Assembly: GCA_043750125.1 (NCBI GenBank)
Contig: JAYVCD010000149.1
Location: 1-19,280, forward strand
DNA length: 19,280 nucleotides
Origin: Archangiaceae bacterium
GTDB taxonomy: Bacteria > Myxococcota > Myxococcia > Myxococcales > Myxococcaceae
Reading direction: 5' to 3'
Position numbers and translations under genes: made by a program. A model generated the notes under the pieces. That model ran no database searches. It was given only the letters and a program-made list of their open reading frames with translations, and was not told the DNA's origin. Within the stretch, counting starts at the first letter, position 1. Each line of letters begins with the position of its first letter. This document shows positions 1 through 7,110 of this stretch, in pieces.

Positions 1-350
1 GTCACCACCACCTGCGCGCCCAGCGCCTTGAGCCGGTTGATCTTCTCCAGCGACATCTTGTCCGGCATCGTGAAGATGCACTTGTAGCCCTTCACCGCCG
101 CGATCAACGCCAGGCCCATGCCGGTGTTGCCCGACGTGTTCTCGATGATCGTCCCGCCCGGCTTCAGCAGCCCGGCCTTCTCGGCCTTGGCGACGATGTG
201 CACCGCCATCCGGTCTTTGATGCTGCCCCCCGGATTCATGAACTCGAGCTTGGTGTAGAGCGTCGCGTCGTTCGGCCCGGTGAGCTTGTTGAGCTTCACC
301 ATCGGGGTGCGGCCAATGGCCTGGAGGACGTTGTCGTAAACGTTGTGCAT
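1..350 (-). CDS. PLP-dependent cystathionine beta-synthase / cysteine synthase family protein (5' part; continues beyond window start)
   Basis: Not in the ORF track; translated by hand from ATG 350: MHNVYDNVLQAIGRTPMVKLNKL...TKLEFMNPGGSIKDRMA...KPGGTIIENTSGNTGMGLALIAAVKGYKCIFTMPDKMSLEKINRLKALGAQVVV. The PLP-lysine motif (NPGGSIKDR) and TSGNTG loop are present; YKCIFTMPDKMS is CBS-like. Confidence 0.93.
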   Translation of the reverse strand, partial: MHNVYDNVLQAIGRTPMVKLNKLTGPNDATLYTKLEFMNPGGSIKDRMAVHIVAKAEKAGLLKPGGTIIENTSGNTGMGLALIAAVKGYKCIFTMPDKMSLEKINRLKALGAQVVV

Positions 351-371
351 GGGCCTGCGTATATCCTGTGG

Positions 372-596
372 CTACTGGAACCTGCGAACCCGATCCGCCT
401 TCATCAGCGACTCGATCCGTTCCAGGGTTTCTGCTTTGTAGACGCGAGATCCGCAGTTCGGACACGCCCCCTGCGGCACATCGGTCAGCACCACCACCTT
501 CGCGGCCACCGTCATCCGCACCTCGACAAAACGCTGCTCGTACTGTCCGGTGCAGGGACACCGGCCATACTCTTTCTTTCCGTAGTCGGCTCCCAT
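372..596 (-). CDS. YgiT-type (MqsA N-terminal-like) zinc finger protein, stand-alone, 74 aa
   Basis: CPC...VVVLTDVPQGACPNCGSRVYKAETLERIE matches the YgiT finger pattern (VP-xxx-CxxCG followed by a helix). GC-rich third positions; co-oriented with the downstream CBS-like gene (21-bp gap). Confidence 0.8.
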   Translation of the reverse strand: MGADYGKKEYGRCPCTGQYEQRFVEVRMTVAAKVVVLTDVPQGACPNCGSRVYKAETLERIESLMKADRVRRFQ

Positions 597-600
597 GCGG

Positions 601-619
601 CAGACCTACAATAACAACC
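601..619. promoter_or_regulatory. Candidate bidirectional promoter with overlapping -10 hexamers
   Basis: TACAAT at 607-612 (+) and TGtTATTGT on the minus strand (hexamer 613-608), inside a 27-bp AT-rich gap between divergent starts at 596 and 624. Confidence 0.5.
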
Positions 620-623
620 AACT

Positions 624-1484
624 GTGACCCGCGTTCCCTCTTCTGGCCCCCCCAAGGCGCCGCCTCAGCCCGTCCGGGCCCGGAAGATCCTGTCTGGCCG
701 CCCGGTCGACAAGCCGGTCAAGCTCAAGACCGGAGCCGACGAGACCGAAGCGCCGGTGCAGACCGGCCAGCCCAGCGAAGGCGCGGGGGCCACTCACGAC
801 CCGCTCGAACACGCCAAACTCGCCGAGGCCTGGCAGCCCGAGTCCCACGCGGAAAAGGCAGAAGAGAAGCAGGCGAAGGACGAGCTGCACGAGGAAGAGA
901 AGGCGGCCGAAGGCGGAGCGGGCTCCGCGTCGAGCGCGAAGGGATTCCTCAAGCAGATCAAGCCCGCCCTGCGGCCCCCAAACACCCCGGTCCAACAGCA
1001 GCCGCAAAAGAAGGGGAAGGACGGGTTCGAAGGCCAGCACGCGTTGGGCAGGACCGCTGCCCCTTCCAACCCCAACCCGGTCCGCGCGGGCGTGCCGGTG
1101 AAGGCCGCCGTGCCGGTGAAGGGCGCTCAGCCGGCGATCCCCGCTCCGCGCCCTTCGCGCCCCGCCGACGCGTTCAGCGTGCTCCACGCCGCCCAGGAAG
1201 CCGGGGTCTTCTTCCAGGAAGAGGACCACAACGGCCCCGCCGAGCAGTCCGACCCCGAGCTCACCGCCGCGATCGAAGAGGCGATTCGCCTGCTCTTCGG
1301 AGTGCGCGGAATCCTTCGCGTCTCGGGTGGCTTCAACCAGGACCACCAACCCGCAATCATCGTCGTCGCGACCCAGGGTTTCGCCGAGGCGTCGGTGAAG
1401 CTCGTCCCGCCGAAGGTTCATCGCTTTGAGACGATTCTCGCTGTTCCGTACGACATGCTCCCGCTCAAGCGCGAGCGCCTCTAG
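624..1484 (+). CDS. Hypothetical protein: long Pro/Ala/Lys/Glu-rich disordered N-terminus plus ~80-aa folded C-terminal alpha/beta domain
   Basis: 286-aa ORF with typical high-GC3 codons, GTG start, stop 9 bp before the amgK-like gene. Confidence 0.8.
   Translation: MTRVPSSGPPKAPPQPVRARKILSGRPVDKPVKLKTGADETEAPVQTGQPSEGAGATHDPLEHAKLAEAWQPESHAEKAEEKQAKDELHEEEKAAEGGAGSASSAKGFLKQIKPALRPPNTPVQQQPQKKGKDGFEGQHALGRTAAPSNPNPVRAGVPVKAAVPVKGAQPAIPAPRPSRPADAFSVLHAAQEAGVFFQEEDHNGPAEQSDPELTAAIEEAIRLLFGVRGILRVSGGFNQDHQPAIIVVATQGFAEASVKLVPPKVHRFETILAVPYDMLPLKRERL
1091..1126 (+). repeat. In-frame 18-bp tandem duplication (VPVKAA/VPVKGA)
   Basis: cgtgccggtgaaggccgc / cgtgccggtgaagggcgc, 17 of 18 bases identical. 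Confidence 0.7.
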
Positions 1485-1493
1485 GCCCATCTC

Positions 1494-2537
1494 ATGACCG
1501 AACCCGAGCTCGAATCGTCCCTGCGCACCCAGGTCAAGCTGGCCACCGGAATCGATGCTTCGACCCAGCCCGTCCTCAAGCTGAAGGGCGACGCTTCCAA
1601 CCGCAGCTATTACCGGGTCGGCACCGCTCCGAGCTCGACCGTGCTGATGGTGATGCCGAAAGACGCGCTGACCAAAAGCGAAGAGGTCACCCAGGGAGCG
1701 CCGCCCACCGAGCTGCCTTTCCTCAACGTCCACCGCTACCTCACGGCGCTCGGGGTCCGGGTGCCGAAGATCCTCAGGTACGACGAGCCGGCTGGAATGA
1801 TGGTGCTCGAAGACCTCACCGATTTGACCTTCGAGGCCGCGCTCAAAGGCGGCTCTCGCCACGCCCTGTATTCCCAGGCGGTGCGGTTGTTGGCCCGGCT
1901 TCGCGCCGACGCCGAAGCCCGCCCGGATCTCTCGTGCCTCGCCTTCACCCGCGCCTTCGACGAGAACCTCTACGACTGGGAATTTCACCACTTCCGCGAA
2001 TGGGGCCTCGAGGCCTGGAGCGGAAAGAAGCCTTCTGACTCCGAGCGTTCGCAGCTCGACCAAATCTTCAAGCGGCTCTCGGCCCAGCTGGCCGCCGCAC
2101 CCAAAGGCTTCACCCACCGGGACTACCAAAGCCGGAACCTGATGGTGAAAGACGGCGAGCTGGTGGTGATCGATTTTCAAGACGCGCTGCTCGGCCCGCG
2201 CCAGTACGACCTGGTGGCGTTGCTGCGCGACAGCTACGTCGAGCTCGACCGCCCCTTCATTCTGGAGATGCTCGCCATCTACGTCGCCGAGTTTCAGGCC
2301 CGCACCGGCGAGAAGATCTCGATGCCTCAGTTCACCGCCTTCTTCGACCTGCTCACCGTGCAGCGCAAGCTCAAGGACGCCGCGCGCTTCGAGTTCATCA
2401 ACCGGGTCAAAGGAAACGCCGGCTTCCTCGTCTCCATCCCCGCGTCGCTGCGCTACGTCCAAGAGGCGTTGCATCAGCAGCCGCTGCTCGCCGACCTCCA
2501 CCGGCTGGTCGCGAAGTACGTGCCCGAGCTGTCGTGA
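1494..2537 (+). CDS. amgK: Aminoglycoside phosphotransferase (APH)-fold kinase, AmgK-like anomeric MurNAc/GlcNAc kinase
   Basis: Motifs LKGDASNRSYYR, LEDL, HRDYQSRNLM, VIDFQDALLGPRQYDLVALLRD and QRKLK are typical of the AmgK family. GTGA overlap with the downstream nucleotidyltransferase. Confidence 0.85.
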   Translation: MTEPELESSLRTQVKLATGIDASTQPVLKLKGDASNRSYYRVGTAPSSTVLMVMPKDALTKSEEVTQGAPPTELPFLNVHRYLTALGVRVPKILRYDEPAGMMVLEDLTDLTFEAALKGGSRHALYSQAVRLLARLRADAEARPDLSCLAFTRAFDENLYDWEFHHFREWGLEAWSGKKPSDSERSQLDQIFKRLSAQLAAAPKGFTHRDYQSRNLMVKDGELVVIDFQDALLGPRQYDLVALLRDSYVELDRPFILEMLAIYVAEFQARTGEKISMPQFTAFFDLLTVQRKLKDAARFEFINRVKGNAGFLVSIPASLRYVQEALHQQPLLADLHRLVAKYVPELS

Positions 2538-3568
2538 AAGCGATGGTGCTGTGCGCGGGGCTCGGCACTCGGCTGAGCCCGCTGACCCGGGTGTGGCCGA
2601 AGCCCGCCATTCCGCTGCTGGGTCAGCCGCTGTTTCGCTATGCGCTCGCGACTCTCAAGCGCGCGGGCATCACCCAGGTCGGAATCAACACCCACCACCT
2701 GCCCGAGGTGATGGAAGCCACCGCGAAGGCCGAATGCGCTTTGGCCGGCCTGCCGCTGACCGTGAACCGCGAAGAGGGAATCATCCAGGGCACCGGGGGC
2801 GGAATCCGGGGGTTGCGCAACTTTCTTCAAGATGAGGCCTTCGTGGTCCTCAACGGCGACGTGCTCTTCGGCTGCGACATCGCCGCCGCCGTCGCAGCGC
2901 ACGACCAGAGCGGAGCCGACGCGACCATGGTGTTGGCGCCTCTTCCCCAGAACGAAAAATTCAACCCGGTCGAGCTCGACGCCTCGCATCGGGTGCGGCG
3001 CATCGCCGGCCACGGCCCCGGCGGCCCCCGACTCACGTCCTGGCACTTCACCGGGGTCCACGTGTGCAGCCCGGCGGTCTTCGACTTCATGAGCGCAGAC
3101 GGGCCCGAGGACATCAACCGCGACGTCTACCCGCGGATGCTCGAAAAAGGCCTCACTGTCCACGGCCATCGCATCGATCCCTACGCCCACTACTGGAGCG
3201 ACCTGGGTACCCCGCAGCGCTACTTCGCCACCCATCGCGATCTGCTCTTCAGCCAGGTGGGCCTGGGCCCCTTCAGCGGCGCCTCACCGTTCGAAGACAC
3301 TCCCCGCGGCAGTGGCAACTGGTGGGCGCACCCCAGTGCCCGCCTCAACAATCTGCGCGGTGCAGGCCCTGCGTGGTTTGGAAAAGGGTGCGTGCTCGGG
3401 GACGACGTGACCGTCGGCTCGGGAACCTCGGTCGGGCCCGGCGCGCAGATCGGCAAGGGCGCGATGCTCAACCGCACCGTGGTCTTCGATGGCACCGAAG
3501 TCGAAGGCGGCCAGCTGTACGAAGACTGCCTGCTCGCCCCCGGGGGCATCCGGATCGAGCTCGGCTAA
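2534..3568 (+). CDS. murU: Sugar-1-phosphate nucleotidyltransferase (MurU-like by context) with C-terminal hexapeptide/left-handed beta-helix tail
   Basis: MKAMVLCAGLGTRLSPLT...PKP, GTGGG, VLNGDV, WSDLGTP. Translationally coupled to amgK. The gene symbol rests on context; family membership is firm. Confidence 0.75.
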   Translation: MKAMVLCAGLGTRLSPLTRVWPKPAIPLLGQPLFRYALATLKRAGITQVGINTHHLPEVMEATAKAECALAGLPLTVNREEGIIQGTGGGIRGLRNFLQDEAFVVLNGDVLFGCDIAAAVAAHDQSGADATMVLAPLPQNEKFNPVELDASHRVRRIAGHGPGGPRLTSWHFTGVHVCSPAVFDFMSADGPEDINRDVYPRMLEKGLTVHGHRIDPYAHYWSDLGTPQRYFATHRDLLFSQVGLGPFSGASPFEDTPRGSGNWWAHPSARLNNLRGAGPAWFGKGCVLGDDVTVGSGTSVGPGAQIGKGAMLNRTVVFDGTEVEGGQLYEDCLLAPGGIRIELG

Positions 3569-3607
3569 CCCATCTCACTTCGACGCCTGCCTCTGCCTGG
3601 TCGACCC

Positions 3608-3677
3608 GCAGCGCACACATAGGGGCATCAATGCCCTTCGGTGTGCGTTGCAAGAAGGGCATTGTGGGCCCGACGCA
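3608..3677 (+). promoter_or_regulatory. Structured intergenic element (long hairpin with a competing stem and pseudoknot) upstream of the HD-GYP gene
   Basis: 3608-3651 folds on itself (17 Watson-Crick pairs, 2 G-U, 2 mismatches). A competing perfect 11-bp stem pairs 3629-3639 with 3654-3664. Function unknown. Confidence 0.45.
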
Positions 3678-3884
3678 ATTTCAGCTGCTGCTTCACCAGA
3701 AAAAGAACAGCCCTGTTTCCAGCTTGCGCCAGCGCCACGCTCGCCATCGTCCCCGCGAAGGCCACCGCTTGCATCAGTCGCGGCGACCAGCCCAACCGCT
3801 CTTGATGCACCCTTCGAGCTTGCAGGGCCTGCACCCCTTCGCAGCGACATGCAGACCCGCCTCAATCTGGTTAAGGTCGATCGC

Positions 3885-4841
3885 TTGAGGCTCTACGCAT
3901 TGATTTTCTCGGGCGTGTTGCTGGCCGCGCTCGTCCCGACCGCCTTGGTCGCAGTGGTCGCGGTCATCTACGCCAATGGAATCACCACCCCGATCTTGAT
4001 CGCCTCGGTCAGCGGCCTGACCCTCGCCGGGCTGTTGGCGATCACCCTCGCGCGGCGCGTCACCCGGCCGCTCAACGGGTTTCGCGAGTTCGCGATGAAC
4101 ATCGCCCGCGGCAAGTTCGGCGGCCAGGTCGAGCACGACGCCAACGACGAGCTGGGCGAGCTGGCGAAGACCTTCAACTACATGTCCGCCAGCATCGAGG
4201 CCTACGACGCCGAGACCCAACGGCTGGCCGACGACATCGAGTCCGGGTACCTCGAGACGATCGTCGCACTCGCCAACTCGCTCGATTCCAAAGATCCGTA
4301 CACCCGCGGTCACGGCCAACGGGTCGCCGAGCTGGCGGTGTCGATCGGCCGGAACCTCAAGCTGTCCGAGCTCGAGCTCAAGCAGCTGAAGTACGGCGGC
4401 ATCCTCCACGACATCGGGAAGATTGGAATCGTCGAGACCATCTTGCTCAAGCAGACCCGCCTCAACGACACCGAGATGGAAACGATGCGGGCCCACCCGC
4501 TGATCGGCGATCACATCATCAAGCCCGTTCGGATGCTGTCCACCGTCCGCGCGGCGGTGCGAAACCACCACGAGTGGTGGGACGGCACCGGCTACCCGGA
4601 TCAGCTCAAGGGCGAGGCGATTCCGCTGATGGCGCGGATCATCGCGGTCGCCGACACCTGGGACGCTTGCACCTCGACCCGGCCCTACCAGGTCGCGTTT
4701 GCCGAGGAAGAGGCGCTGGCGGTGATCGACAAGCTCACCGGCCGCCACCTCGACCCCGCTCTGACCGTGGCACTCAAGCAGGTGATCTTCGAACGAAAGA
4801 CCGGGACCCGCCCCCGGACCGACGTGAAGGTCGCGGGCTGA
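3885..4841 (+). CDS. Membrane-anchored HAMP + HD-GYP cyclic-dinucleotide phosphodiesterase (PmxA-like, RxxQ variant)
   Basis: Two adjacent N-terminal hydrophobic helices, HAMP (TRPL...DELGELAKTFNYM), KDPYTRGH, LHDIGK, HHEWWDGTGYPDQLKGEAIP, VADTWDACTSTRPYQ. Start placed at TTG 3885 (TAAGGT 7 nt upstream); in-frame ATG 3849 is the alternative. The track start at 3489 overlaps murU and is unlikely. Confidence 0.92.
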   Translation: MRLYALIFSGVLLAALVPTALVAVVAVIYANGITTPILIASVSGLTLAGLLAITLARRVTRPLNGFREFAMNIARGKFGGQVEHDANDELGELAKTFNYMSASIEAYDAETQRLADDIESGYLETIVALANSLDSKDPYTRGHGQRVAELAVSIGRNLKLSELELKQLKYGGILHDIGKIGIVETILLKQTRLNDTEMETMRAHPLIGDHIIKPVRMLSTVRAAVRNHHEWWDGTGYPDQLKGEAIPLMARIIAVADTWDACTSTRPYQVAFAEEEALAVIDKLTGRHLDPALTVALKQVIFERKTGTRPRTDVKVAG

Positions 4842-4893
4842 GACGGGGTGGGGCAGGGTCGTTTCGAAGGCTTGATTTGCTCTCACCCCCGTT
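4842..4893 (+). terminator. Imperfect GC-rich hairpin after the HD-GYP stop (possible terminator or processing stem)
   Basis: gacggggtggggcag (4842-4856) pairs imperfectly with ttgctctcacccccgtt (4877-4893); the U-tract is very short. Confidence 0.3.
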
Positions 4894-4906
4894 TAAGAAC
4901 AGAAGA

Positions 4907-5677
4907 ATGAAACCCGCAGTTCTTGCTGTGCTGTTGACGACCGGTTGCGCCACCGCGCACCTGACCGGGCCGGTGCCGATCACCGCCCCCGACCCCGGCG
5001 TGGCGCGGATCATCGTCCTCGAGCCCTTTTTCGAGACCGCCGAGTGGAAGACGACCGTGCTGACCGAGACCGCCACCATGATGGGCGGCAGCACCGTGCT
5101 GGGTCCCACCACCGGAAGCCCTTTTGCCAATGACGTGACCGTTCAGCGCGTCATTACCGAAAAGCCGCTGTTCGCCAAAGTGCCGATGCTGGCTGAAGAG
5201 CAACGCCAGGTGCTCGCCGAAGTTCAGCGGCTTCGCCCCAACTGGCGCGTGACCTCGACCGGCGGAGCGGGAATCCTCACCGGCCCCGTCACCCTCGTTC
5301 GGGTGATTGTCGGCGATGCCGAAATGGAAGAGTCCAACCGGTCGCTGAAGAACCTGGCCTTCGGGTTCGGACTGCTGATCTGGCCGCTGTTGCTCGCGAC
5401 GATCTCTCCGGTTCAAGAGACGCAGCGGATCTTCGGAGTGCTCAATCGGTACACCCTCGATGCCGAGCAGCTCAAAAGCCGACTGGTGCGCTACCCCAGT
5501 CAGCCCGATTTTGCGGTGAACACTGCAAACCTGCCGCCGTTCGAGCGGAGCTTCGGCCTCGATCTCTCTTACGAAGAAGGACTGTTGGCCAACGAGCTGC
5601 CCCGCGAGAACCTGCTCATTCGAGGCTTCAGCTTCAAGCTCGCGTCCGCCATCGTCGCACTGGTCGAGGAACCGTAA
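4907..5677 (+). CDS. Putative lipoprotein of unknown function, 256 aa
   Basis: From ATG 4907: MKPAVLAVLLTTG-C lipobox-like signal; internal hydrophobic segment LAFGFGLLIWPLLLATI. The upstream extension in the track overlaps the HD-GYP gene and is rejected. Confidence 0.8.
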   Translation: MKPAVLAVLLTTGCATAHLTGPVPITAPDPGVARIIVLEPFFETAEWKTTVLTETATMMGGSTVLGPTTGSPFANDVTVQRVITEKPLFAKVPMLAEEQRQVLAEVQRLRPNWRVTSTGGAGILTGPVTLVRVIVGDAEMEESNRSLKNLAFGFGLLIWPLLLATISPVQETQRIFGVLNRYTLDAEQLKSRLVRYPSQPDFAVNTANLPPFERSFGLDLSYEEGLLANELPRENLLIRGFSFKLASAIVALVEEP

Positions 5678-5681
5678 AGCC

Positions 5682-6029
5682 ATGGGCAACTTCTGGGACT
5701 CCATCAAGCCTGCCACCCGCGTCCCGGTCGCGCTTCGGGTCGATCTGTCGGAAGACCAGCGCACGCTGGCGCTGCATTGGGAGGACGGCCTCGACACCCA
5801 GGTTACGGCGCGGGCGCTGAGGCAAAACTGCCCCTGCGCCGAGTGCGTCGAAGAGTGGAGCGGAAAGCGCACCTTCGACCCCGAGAAGATCCCGGCCGAG
5901 ATCAAGATCATCGAAATTTCGGAGGTCGGAAACTACGCGCTGACCTTTACCTTCGGCGACCTTCACCGAATCGGGATCTTCAACTGGAAACACCTGCGCG
6001 AATTGTCGCCGGTGAAGACCGATGGCTGA
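5682..6029 (+). CDS. DUF971 / GBBH-like N-terminal domain protein
   Basis: LHWEDG...LRQNCPCAEC...VGNYALTFTFGDLHRIGIFNWKHLREL is the characteristic DUF971 pattern. Confidence 0.9.
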   Translation: MGNFWDSIKPATRVPVALRVDLSEDQRTLALHWEDGLDTQVTARALRQNCPCAECVEEWSGKRTFDPEKIPAEIKIIEISEVGNYALTFTFGDLHRIGIFNWKHLRELSPVKTDG

Positions 6030-6594
6030 GAATCGAAACGACGACGAGGCGTGGAATCCCACCGGCCGACAGCTTCGTGCCGACGGGTCGATGACCTCAG
6101 AGGTCAAGCCGGTCGAAGCGCCCGTTGAAAAGCCGTTGCCTTCCCTTCCTTCTTCCGAGCTGCCACGACTCGACTCGCTCTCGACCGGAGATCTCGTCCT
6201 CGACCGCCCGGCGCCTGCGTCGCGCGTTCCCTTCGTCGAGCCCGGTGCCTACCGGCCCGAAGTCATTCCCACCCGCTCGAGCCCGACGAAGTGGGTTTTG
6301 ATGCTGGTCGCGTTGGCCGCACTGGCGCTGGCGGCCTTTGCGCTCGTGCCGGGGCTGCAGCGAAAGCTGCCCCTTCCGATGCGGACCCCCGGAAGCCTGG
6401 TGATCGATTCCGAGCCCTCGGGGGCGACGGTGAAGATCGCCGGGAAGCAGGTCGGCCAGACGCCGTGGGCGGGCGACAACCTGTGGATCGGGGAAGTGAA
6501 GTACGAAATTTCGGCCGCCGGCCACAAGCCCAGGTGGGGCACGTTTCAGGGCGGCGATGCAGTGAAGCTGAACGTGAAGCTGTCGAAGAAGTAG
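6022..6594 (+). CDS. Single-pass membrane protein with C-terminal PEGA domain
   Basis: TM segment WVLMLVALAALALAAFALV followed by GSLVIDSEPSGATVKIAGKQVGQTP (PEGA); 8-bp overlap with DUF971. Confidence 0.85.
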   Translation: MAENRNDDEAWNPTGRQLRADGSMTSEVKPVEAPVEKPLPSLPSSELPRLDSLSTGDLVLDRPAPASRVPFVEPGAYRPEVIPTRSSPTKWVLMLVALAALALAAFALVPGLQRKLPLPMRTPGSLVIDSEPSGATVKIAGKQVGQTPWAGDNLWIGEVKYEISAAGHKPRWGTFQGGDAVKLNVKLSKK

Positions 6595-6597
6595 GGA

Positions 6598-7104
6598 CTA
6601 CTTCACCAGCCGCAGGTGGCCGCGACGCGGAGGCTCGGGCGGATCTTTGGGCAGCTCGGCCCCGTCCTCGCTCTTCCTTTCCATCAACACCTCACGCAGC
6701 ACCGTCCGGGCTTCCGGTCGGCCCTCAGGCTGGGTGGTGCCCGCAAGCTCGCCGGTCTGCTGAAGCCGTTCGGGAGTCGCCTCGAGCAGCTCGCGCGGCA
6801 TGTCGTCGGGGTACATCCAGAACTCTTTGCTGTGGTGGCTGCTGATTGCGTAGAGCGCGCTCCAGGGCACGGCAATCGTAAAGCGCCTTCCGCCAAAGGT
6901 CAGGGTGCAGCGAACGCCCCACTCGCCGACCGCCAGGTCCGGCGGCTCGAACCGGTACGACAGGTTGAGCAACAGGTGCGGCTCTTGTTTCAGATCCTCG
7001 GGAACCAGCACGCCCGGTCGGCGCGCGTCGAGGTGGATCATCGTCAGGCCCTGTTCGAGCGAGCCGAGGAGCCGGGTCTTTTTTTCGTCCGTCCGTTTGT
7101 CCAT
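6598..7104 (-). CDS. sspB: ClpXP specificity-enhancing factor SspB family (stringent starvation protein B)
   Basis: IHLDARRPGVLVP, LLLNLS, LTFGGRRFTIAVPWSALYAI, and a C-terminal ClpX-binding-type tail RRGHLRLVK. Confidence 0.88.
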   Translation of the reverse strand: MDKRTDEKKTRLLGSLEQGLTMIHLDARRPGVLVPEDLKQEPHLLLNLSYRFEPPDLAVGEWGVRCTLTFGGRRFTIAVPWSALYAISSHHSKEFWMYPDDMPRELLEATPERLQQTGELAGTTQPEGRPEARTVLREVLMERKSEDGAELPKDPPEPPRRGHLRLVK

Positions 7105-7110
7105 TGACGC

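Noticed and set aside
606-2501. 631-aa antisense ORF (similarly 15159..16934, 8339..9559, 12035..13231, 3774..4886)
   Set aside because: Stop-poor antisense frames are expected opposite high-GC3 genes; they carry no motifs, while the opposite strand has clear family signatures.
1494-2537. Aminoglycoside resistance gene
   Set aside because: APH fold only; the GDASxR and DFQDA motifs and coupling to a nucleotidyltransferase point to an AmgK-type sugar kinase.
3489-3848. N-terminal extension of the HD-GYP ORF given in the track
   Set aside because: It overlaps murU, has atypical codons, crosses the structured region and shows no domain signal.
3575-3865. Minus-strand 96-aa ORF ending in a zinc-ribbon-like CPSC-x10-CVRCG
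   Set aside because: The Cys motifs fall inside the palindromic element, several codons are atypical for this genome (cct, tct, cta, tgt), and the rest is low-information. Probably chance; a tBLASTn hit with a conserved frame would revive it.
3569-3884. Known c-di-GMP-I/cGAMP (GEMM) or c-di-GMP-II riboswitch
   Set aside because: GACGCAA is present (3672-3678), but the upstream GGCAAA/GNRA-capped stem and the second stem are not recognisable, and there is no kink-turn pattern.
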